Source: a virus (lineage: Duplodnaviria; Caudoviricetes). Taken from it: a stretch of DNA of 64,000 nucleotides. Positions within the stretch are counted from its first letter, which is position 1. Every line of letters starts with the position of its first letter. The position numbers and the translations under genes were made by a program. This document shows positions 57,485 through 64,000 of this stretch, in pieces. The notes under the pieces were generated by a model. It worked only from the letters and a program-made list of their open reading frames with translations, did not search any database and had not been told where the DNA came from. The stretch spans positions 32,001-96,000 of the IMG/VR virus record IMGVR_UViG_3300028886_000036; one strand, given 5' to 3'.

Positions 57485-58561
57485 TTGAAACTTAATGTGT
57501 ATAAGAGAGGAGGTGAGAAGCAGAAAACTATGTTTAATATTTGGTTTGATAATTATAAGAACTTAGAAGAGTATATAACTGAGTTTGCTGAGAATGATAT
57601 GATACTTCCAGTATTAGCAGAATCTATTAGTGCTCAATTAGGCAATGGTATATTGGTTAGACACTTTCCTTTCTGGAGAAGGAATATGCCTGTTATTTTT
57701 GATATAGAAAACAATAAAGTGTATATCAATTATAGTAAGATAGAACTATTTATACCGTTGTTTAGAAAGATGAATATCTTAAAAGATGAAAAAGATAGGT
57801 TCAAAAGTATTTATAAGAATGAATTTGCTGATATAATGTCTGGATTATTTTATTACGGGATTCATGCTTATAATATTAAGAATAGAGGAGTTCTGATTAA
57901 AGATCAGTTAACGTTAACTTGGTATAAGAACTTCTTTCATTCGTTAATGGTGTCTTATTCTTCTCCAACATCAAAGGGTAATGCATTCTCTCTTAAAATG
58001 AATACTGCTTTATCTAGACAAGTCTCTGAATTACTTTACAGACCATTTTTACAGATTGTATTTCAGTATTATGAAAACTTAACTTATAAAGGTGTTTCAT
58101 TTAATGAAGATCAAGAAAAACGATTAGACTTTATGTTTACACAATTAAACCAACAGGTAGTAGATCAGTTAAACACTTGGAACTATTCTAATGTGGATAT
58201 TAATACTTATAAAGAGTGGTTTAGTAGCTTTATAAAAGAGTTTAAAATTTGCTTTAAAAATAACGATACTATTATACTTAAACAAGATCAAGACTTTATG
58301 GATATCCAAAAGTTTGAAGTATTGAATTTAAGATCTTTACAAAATGCGTATTATTATGTAAAGCCTTATATGGCGGAAAATGTTAAAGAACTTGAGACTG
58401 GTTTAAAACATAGATATCCTGCTCCACCTTTCAGAGAGTTGTATTCTTTAGCAGAGCCATTAGCTCAAACTTTAGCAGTTGGTGCATATGAGCTTAAAAA
58501 ACTCAAGACTGCAGAAGATTTACAGACATTGGCAGCTAGAGGATTAGCTACATTAAGTTAA
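57485..58561 (+). CDS. Hypothetical protein
   Basis: 358-aa ORF; GGAGGTGA RBS suggests a start near MFNIW. Confidence 0.75.
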   Translation: MKLNVYKRGGEKQKTMFNIWFDNYKNLEEYITEFAENDMILPVLAESISAQLGNGILVRHFPFWRRNMPVIFDIENNKVYINYSKIELFIPLFRKMNILKDEKDRFKSIYKNEFADIMSGLFYYGIHAYNIKNRGVLIKDQLTLTWYKNFFHSLMVSYSSPTSKGNAFSLKMNTALSRQVSELLYRPFLQIVFQYYENLTYKGVSFNEDQEKRLDFMFTQLNQQVVDQLNTWNYSNVDINTYKEWFSSFIKEFKICFKNNDTIILKQDQDFMDIQKFEVLNLRSLQNAYYYVKPYMAENVKELETGLKHRYPAPPFRELYSLAEPLAQTLAVGAYELKKLKTAEDLQTLAARGLATLS

Positions 58562-58662
58562 TAATAGATTTATGTAACATTGATTAGTTAATAGTAGCTC
58601 CCAGTTTTTAAATAAAGACTAGGGAGATTTTTTGTTATGTGTTTAGAAAGTGAGAGATTTTA

Positions 58663-59838
58663 TTGTTAGATAAAACTGTAACTGAAGGAACTAAATGGGT
58701 AGTTTATATACACACTTTCCCTAATAATAAAAAGTATGTTGGTATAACCAGTTTAGACGTTACTGAAAGATGGGGTAAAAATGGGTGTGGGTATAGGGGT
58801 CAAACAATAATATATAGGGCTATTAAAAAGTACGGTTGGGATAATATTAAGCACGAAGTAGTTATGTACAATCTTACTGAAGATGAAGCTTGTAAAATAG
58901 AGACATCTTTAATTAAAGAGCTAAATACTACTAATAGAGACTATGGATATAATATATTACCTGGTGGCAAATCTATGCCAATAACAGATAGATCTAAGCC
59001 AGTAATATGTCTTAATACTTTAGAGGTATTTAAATCTGAGAAAGAAGCAACAGAAAAATTAGGTCTTCCTAGAGGTAAAATAGGTTGTGTATGTAATGGA
59101 ACTAGACAACATTGTGGGAAAGATAAGAATGGTATACCATTAAAATTCGCTCATTATGAAGAAGGGAAAAACTATGAAAGGTATGTCTATTCTCCACCTA
59201 ATAGAACTGAAAAGCAAATTCTATTTGCTTCTTCAATTAAGAGGAAGGTTATATGTTTAAATACTTTACAAGTGTTTGATGGTGTTGGAGAAGCTGCAAA
59301 ATTATACAACATTAGTACCGGAAATATATCGAGAGCGTGTAAGGGTAATAGTAGATATGCTGGAAAAGACCCAATTACAGGCGAATCTTTATCTTGGGAG
59401 TATTACGATAAAGATAAAGTTTATGAAAAAAGTGCTTATAAATATAAAAACAACTCATATAGAGAAATTATATGTTTGAATACATTAAAGAGATATCCTT
59501 CAATATCTGAGGCTGGAAGGGTTCTAGGTATTATGGCCGATTCTATATGTAGAAGCTTGAAAGATTCCAACAAGAGAGTTGGTTTATTAGGCAAAGATGG
59601 ATATAGGTATTCTTTTTCATATTATGATTCTTCTAAAAAATATATTAAACTTCCTTTATTTAAAAAGTATCCTTCTGTATACTGTACAACTTTAAACAAG
59701 ATATATGAGGATATAAGAGATGCTATTAAAGATACTGGTATTAAAAGAAGCTATATATTAGATATATGTAATGGTAAAAGAGGTTACAGTTTTTCAAAAA
59801 GTTACAATAAAAAGTTAGTTTTTAAATACAATGTATAA
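58663..59838 (+). CDS. Free-standing GIY-YIG homing endonuclease with NUMOD1-like repeats
   Basis: VYIHTFPNNKKYVGIT...ERW...GYNI..GG; four VICLNT...F.S..EA repeats. Confidence 0.9.
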   Translation: MLDKTVTEGTKWVVYIHTFPNNKKYVGITSLDVTERWGKNGCGYRGQTIIYRAIKKYGWDNIKHEVVMYNLTEDEACKIETSLIKELNTTNRDYGYNILPGGKSMPITDRSKPVICLNTLEVFKSEKEATEKLGLPRGKIGCVCNGTRQHCGKDKNGIPLKFAHYEEGKNYERYVYSPPNRTEKQILFASSIKRKVICLNTLQVFDGVGEAAKLYNISTGNISRACKGNSRYAGKDPITGESLSWEYYDKDKVYEKSAYKYKNNSYREIICLNTLKRYPSISEAGRVLGIMADSICRSLKDSNKRVGLLGKDGYRYSFSYYDSSKKYIKLPLFKKYPSVYCTTLNKIYEDIRDAIKDTGIKRSYILDICNGKRGYSFSKSYNKKLVFKYNV

Positions 59839-59862
59839 TTCATTATAAAGGGTGTGATTACA

Positions 59863-62145
59863 ATACCTGCAAATAATATATTTCCTGGAGTTTATGTAAG
59901 TATTCAGGATAACTCAAACTATGTCGAAGCTATTCCAGGAGCCATAGGATTTATGTGCTTGCTCTCTGAAAAGGGCCCAGATAATAAACCAGTGATGGTT
60001 ACTAGTGTTTCTGACTTAATTTCTAAGTATGGTGAGCCATTAATTCGCCGTTATGGTCAGGGTTGGTATGTTGCTAAAGAGTATTTAGATACTTTAGGTA
60101 ATCTTTGGGTTATGAGAGTTCTTCCAAAGAATGCTACTTATGCTACATTAGCTCTTAAGCTTACACAGAATCCTGATGTAATTACCACATATAAGAGAAC
60201 CATTAAAAAAGATGAGAAGGATAATGATGTTGAAGTTCTTACTATGATTTCAAGAAAAACTACTGATGATGTAGTTCTTACTGTTGAAGATCTTAACAAG
60301 AAGCCTTTAACCGATCTTTTAGCCAAGGTTCCAACTGGTAAAAATGTTATTTTCCCAGCATCTGAAATTAATAGACCTGCCGAATATGAAAATGATATTA
60401 CTCTTATGGGTGCTGAAGCCGGTAACGCTGCTGGTGAAGATGAAAGAGACGGTGGAGAAACTGTTTTCAATTCACCTATACTTGGAAGTACTACACTTAG
60501 ACTTGATGGTCTTACATTAAGTCAGTATGCTTTCTCTGCAGATTATTCCGGGGTTTCTGATATTGAAATTAGAAATTGTAGAATACTTGGGCTTTCTGGT
60601 GCTACAGTTGAAGTTCCTGAAGAATTTTCTACTCAAGAAGCTCCTGTTGAGGAAGTAGAAGATCTTCCATTTGACACCAAGACTTTAACTGAAAGAAGTT
60701 TCTCATTTGTTAATGTTGAACTTGAAGATATTCATACAGTTCCTTCAATGGATTCTCTTCTTAATGGTGAGAATAATGCTGCTGATATTATCTTCTATCC
60801 ATATGGTAGAGGCGAGTATTATAATAGACTTGGCCTTAAGCTCACTAAGGCTAGAAAGTCTTACGATAATGCATTTATTTTAGATATCTACGAGCTTGGA
60901 GATGACTCCGCTTACGCTAATTTAGTTGAGTCTTTCACTGTTTCATTTGATATTGACGCAAAGGATATTTCTGGTTCGTCCTTATTTATTAAGGATGTTC
61001 TTGATATGTACTCAGATTATATCAAGTGCGAAGTTAGTGAAAATAGTGAGTACTTCGGTCATTATGAAGAAAATTCTGAAGAGGTTATTGCTCGTACTCC
61101 TGGGGATAGTTCTACAAAGTACGACTATGAGACTTTAGAAGTTAATTATGATGATTTAGCTATGGCCGAGATTGAATATCTCTCTGGTGGTAAAGATGGC
61201 ACTATGTATGACAAGAACGGTAATCTTGATTGGAATGCTGAAGTTGACGTTGACGACACTGGTAAGAAGAAAGAAAATATGGTTATGGCTTTATCAAATG
61301 CTTACTGTGGATTAAATGTCAATCCCGAGACTGGCGAGTATAACGATGAGATTACTGATACTGAAAATATGGACTTCACAGTTGTCTTTGATGCCGGTTG
61401 GCCTACTCCAGTTAAGGATGCTATAGTCGATCTTTGCGATTCAAGACAAAGCTGCTTTGGTTTCTTAGATAACGGTGTTGCTGCTGAAAATGGTAATAGA
61501 TCAGCAAAACACGCTATTGATAAGAGACTTACAGATCATAATTATAATGATTATAGAGTTGCGTTATATGAGCCATATACAAAGTTATATGATTCATTTA
61601 CCGGTACTTATTTCTGGGCTACTCCTATGATCCATGTTGCGTCATGCTTTACTAGAACTGCTAGAGATAAGAATATCTGGTGGGCTGCTGCAGGCCTTAC
61701 TAGAGGAGCATGTGCCGGTATTAAGGACTATAGATACAAGCTTGCTGGTGGTTATAAGGATATGTTCAAGGAAGATGAGCTTAATCCTATTATGAGATTT
61801 AACCAGGGCGGAGATTGTATCTGGGGCAATTGGACTACTCAGCAAACCCCATCTGCTCTTAAGAATATCCACGTTGTTCTTTGCTTACAGTATATTCATA
61901 GAGTTCTTGAAAGAAATCTTAAGCAGTATGTGTACGAGTTTAATGATGAATATACTTATGCTAAGATTAAAGACACTGTTAATGCTTTCTTATCTGATCT
62001 TGCTTCAGAAAGAGCATTAGAGAGCTTTAGTGTTAACGTTGGCGCTACAGAGTATCAGAAGAGAAATAATCAATGCAAGGTTGATATTGATCTTAAGATT
62101 ACTGGCGTTATTGAAATTATCAACGTTTCACTTAATGTTAACTAA
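59863..62145 (+). CDS. Contractile tail sheath protein (probable ATA start)
   Basis: FPGVYVSIQD, KGPDN, WAAAGLTRG, LNPI, WGNWT, YEFND. Confidence 0.92.
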   Translation: MPANNIFPGVYVSIQDNSNYVEAIPGAIGFMCLLSEKGPDNKPVMVTSVSDLISKYGEPLIRRYGQGWYVAKEYLDTLGNLWVMRVLPKNATYATLALKLTQNPDVITTYKRTIKKDEKDNDVEVLTMISRKTTDDVVLTVEDLNKKPLTDLLAKVPTGKNVIFPASEINRPAEYENDITLMGAEAGNAAGEDERDGGETVFNSPILGSTTLRLDGLTLSQYAFSADYSGVSDIEIRNCRILGLSGATVEVPEEFSTQEAPVEEVEDLPFDTKTLTERSFSFVNVELEDIHTVPSMDSLLNGENNAADIIFYPYGRGEYYNRLGLKLTKARKSYDNAFILDIYELGDDSAYANLVESFTVSFDIDAKDISGSSLFIKDVLDMYSDYIKCEVSENSEYFGHYEENSEEVIARTPGDSSTKYDYETLEVNYDDLAMAEIEYLSGGKDGTMYDKNGNLDWNAEVDVDDTGKKKENMVMALSNAYCGLNVNPETGEYNDEITDTENMDFTVVFDAGWPTPVKDAIVDLCDSRQSCFGFLDNGVAAENGNRSAKHAIDKRLTDHNYNDYRVALYEPYTKLYDSFTGTYFWATPMIHVASCFTRTARDKNIWWAAAGLTRGACAGIKDYRYKLAGGYKDMFKEDELNPIMRFNQGGDCIWGNWTTQQTPSALKNIHVVLCLQYIHRVLERNLKQYVYEFNDEYTYAKIKDTVNAFLSDLASERALESFSVNVGATEYQKRNNQCKVDIDLKITGVIEIINVSLNVN

Positions 62146-62169
62146 TTGGGAAGGATGGTGAGAATATAA

Positions 62170-62874
62170 ATGGCTATTAATCCTTTTGTTAATGGTTTAG
62201 GTTTTAGCAAGTATAATTACCCAGATAGTATGAGAGGTATGTTTGGTGGAGAAAAGTTCTTTATGGATCCCTATACTTCGGGATATCATTTTATGTATTT
62301 CTTCCCACCAGATACTATCGGCAATGAAGTTGGTCAGTTTTTAACTACAGTATGTCAGGCAGTTACAATCCCTGGAATTACTGTTCAGCCCATTGAGTAT
62401 AATGGTCTCAATGATATGAAATGGTATGTTCCTGGTATTACTAATCTTGAAAGAAACACTGTTGACTGCACATTTGTTGAGTATGCTGGTCTTCCTATTA
62501 CCCAGATTATGGGTAGATGGGTTACTATTTTCAGAAATATTCTTTACGGTATCTCTGATCCATCAGCTCAGAACACATATTCTCAGGGTGCTTATAAGGG
62601 TAAGGCAGTTTATGCTACTACTCTTCCCGATGGATTAACTGTTCAGTTTGCTGCAGTTTTCACCGGTGTGTTCCCAACCAAGATTCCTACAGACTTATTT
62701 GAGTCTAACAGAGCTCAGCAGGAAAAGAAAGAAATTCAGATTTCTTTCCAGTTTGACCAGATGCTTACTGGTACTGCTGCGGAGTCATATGCGGCCTCAT
62801 TAGTTGCTGCTACTAGAAATCAGGCTATTAGTACCTCTGATAGCATTTATGCTGTTGAAACTTCTAGTAACTAA
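62170..62874 (+). CDS. Tail tube protein
   Basis: Directly after sheath; CQAVTIPG...F.E...FTGVFPT...ISFQFD. Confidence 0.8.
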   Translation: MAINPFVNGLGFSKYNYPDSMRGMFGGEKFFMDPYTSGYHFMYFFPPDTIGNEVGQFLTTVCQAVTIPGITVQPIEYNGLNDMKWYVPGITNLERNTVDCTFVEYAGLPITQIMGRWVTIFRNILYGISDPSAQNTYSQGAYKGKAVYATTLPDGLTVQFAAVFTGVFPTKIPTDLFESNRAQQEKKEIQISFQFDQMLTGTAAESYAASLVAATRNQAISTSDSIYAVETSSN

Positions 62875-62894
62875 TTATTAAGTAACACTAATTA

Positions 62895-62937
62895 TAGTGT
62901 ATAGCTCATTCATTGGGCTATACACTATTTTATTTTT
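62895..62937 (+). terminator. Intrinsic terminator
   Basis: ATAGTGTATAGCTCA...TGGGCTATACACTAT plus T-run. Confidence 0.75.
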
Positions 62938-62963
62938 AAAGAAAGAGGTGGTGAGACTAGAAT

Positions 62964-64000
62964 ATGCCTAATGCATCACCAACAACAAAAGTAATACCTT
63001 CGTTTGATCCTTTTGATGTAAAAGAACAGCTTGTTGAACTTGCGCAAGATTATTTTAATCTTGATGAAATTGATACTTATGAATCTGGATTTATGGGGTA
63101 TCTTATTCAAGCTTTAACTTATTTAACTTCAGATGTGTTATATCAGAATGCTTTTGCATATAATGAAGCTTTTTTAAATAGAGCATTATTAAGGTCTTCA
63201 GTAACTAACATAGCCACACAATTAGACTATAAAATTAAAAGTGCTACGCCAGCATCAGGTACTTTAACTATAGCAGTGCCTATTGATTTAAATGAACAAA
63301 CTTCAATTAAAATTTCAGCCGGAACTAATATAGCTGCTGGAGATATACCATATAAAGTATATAATACATATTATATTAAACAGAATAGTAATGGATTACA
63401 TGTAACTTCATATAATCCAGATACAGGTATAGTTGAAGCTATACCATATAATATAGAAATGTATGATGGGCAAGTTACGGTTGTGTTTGGAATACAGATT
63501 TGGCAGATCAATATTTATACTTATGATTTTTCATTTGAGAATCCTACCTTATATCAGTTTTATAAAACTAGTTTTACTGGCTTTGAAGGAGAAGTATATA
63601 AAGTATTAGTTGAGGTAGAGGAAGAAAAATATAAAGAAGTGGCATCAATATATCAGTCAGGATTTGATAGCAGAGAATATGAAATGGAATTAATGAGTAT
63701 TGAGGATAATGAATATAAGGTTACATTAAAATTCGGAAACGGTATTTATGGTTATCAGCCTAAAAATGGTGCTGAAGGTAGAGTAACTATTTATACTACT
63801 CTTGGATCTAAGGGAAATATATCTTCTGGTGTAGCTAGATTTGATGAAAGATTAATTAATACTCTTAATGCTACAGAGGGAGAATTAGAAGTATTAAGTA
63901 CAAATAGATTAGCTATACAGAATGGTAGAGATGCAGAAACTCTTGAAGAAATTAAGAAGCATACAATTGAATCTATTAGTTCTGCTAAAAGACTTGTTAC
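62964..64000 (+). CDS. Baseplate wedge protein (T4 gp6-like), truncated by window end
   Basis: MPNASP...NEAFLNRALLRSSVTNIATQLDY; KFGNGIYG.QP; TTLGSKGN; NGRDAETLEEIK. Confidence 0.85.
   Translation, partial: MPNASPTTKVIPSFDPFDVKEQLVELAQDYFNLDEIDTYESGFMGYLIQALTYLTSDVLYQNAFAYNEAFLNRALLRSSVTNIATQLDYKIKSATPASGTLTIAVPIDLNEQTSIKISAGTNIAAGDIPYKVYNTYYIKQNSNGLHVTSYNPDTGIVEAIPYNIEMYDGQVTVVFGIQIWQINIYTYDFSFENPTLYQFYKTSFTGFEGEVYKVLVEVEEEKYKEVASIYQSGFDSREYEMELMSIEDNEYKVTLKFGNGIYGYQPKNGAEGRVTIYTTLGSKGNISSGVARFDERLINTLNATEGELEVLSTNRLAIQNGRDAETLEEIKKHTIESISSAKRLV

Noticed and set aside
6374-62638. Short ORFs antisense to or nested in long genes (e.g. 6394..6990, 8974..9300, 26756..27157, 60138..60470)
   Set aside because: Shadow frames of well-supported genes, lacking RBS or recognisable motifs.
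1-64000. Genome-wide UGA reassignment (code 4 or 25) or TAG recoding
   Set aside because: Long genes are intact in code 11, Trp is TGG, and TGA and TAG terminate genes, including through ATGA overlaps.

Overview
A 64-kb, AT-rich fragment of a large contractile-tailed (jumbo myovirus-like) phage. Long + strand blocks encode virion and late functions: repeat-built fibre proteins, a DUF285/BspA-type LRR protein, a tape-measure-like protein, tail-collar proteins, an SNF2 helicase, a Cas4-like nuclease, tail sheath, tail tube and a gp6-like baseplate wedge. These alternate with - strand blocks of small, mostly unknown and often Cys-rich genes. The most striking feature is missing from the ORF track: a complete gp5.4/PAAR spike-tip gene (50944..51234) with two in-frame TGA codons at positions that are Cys in this PAAR subfamily. 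The second TGA is followed by a hairpin closely resembling the E. coli fdhF SECIS, making this a candidate phage-encoded virion selenoprotein. Also seen: a group I intron with an HNH endonuclease splitting a small gene, two strand-specific promoter-like motifs suggesting phage-encoded RNA polymerases, recurrent ATA/ATT start codons, and a tandem hairpin-plus-pseudoknot RNA motif. Family calls come from motif recognition only; no searches were run.
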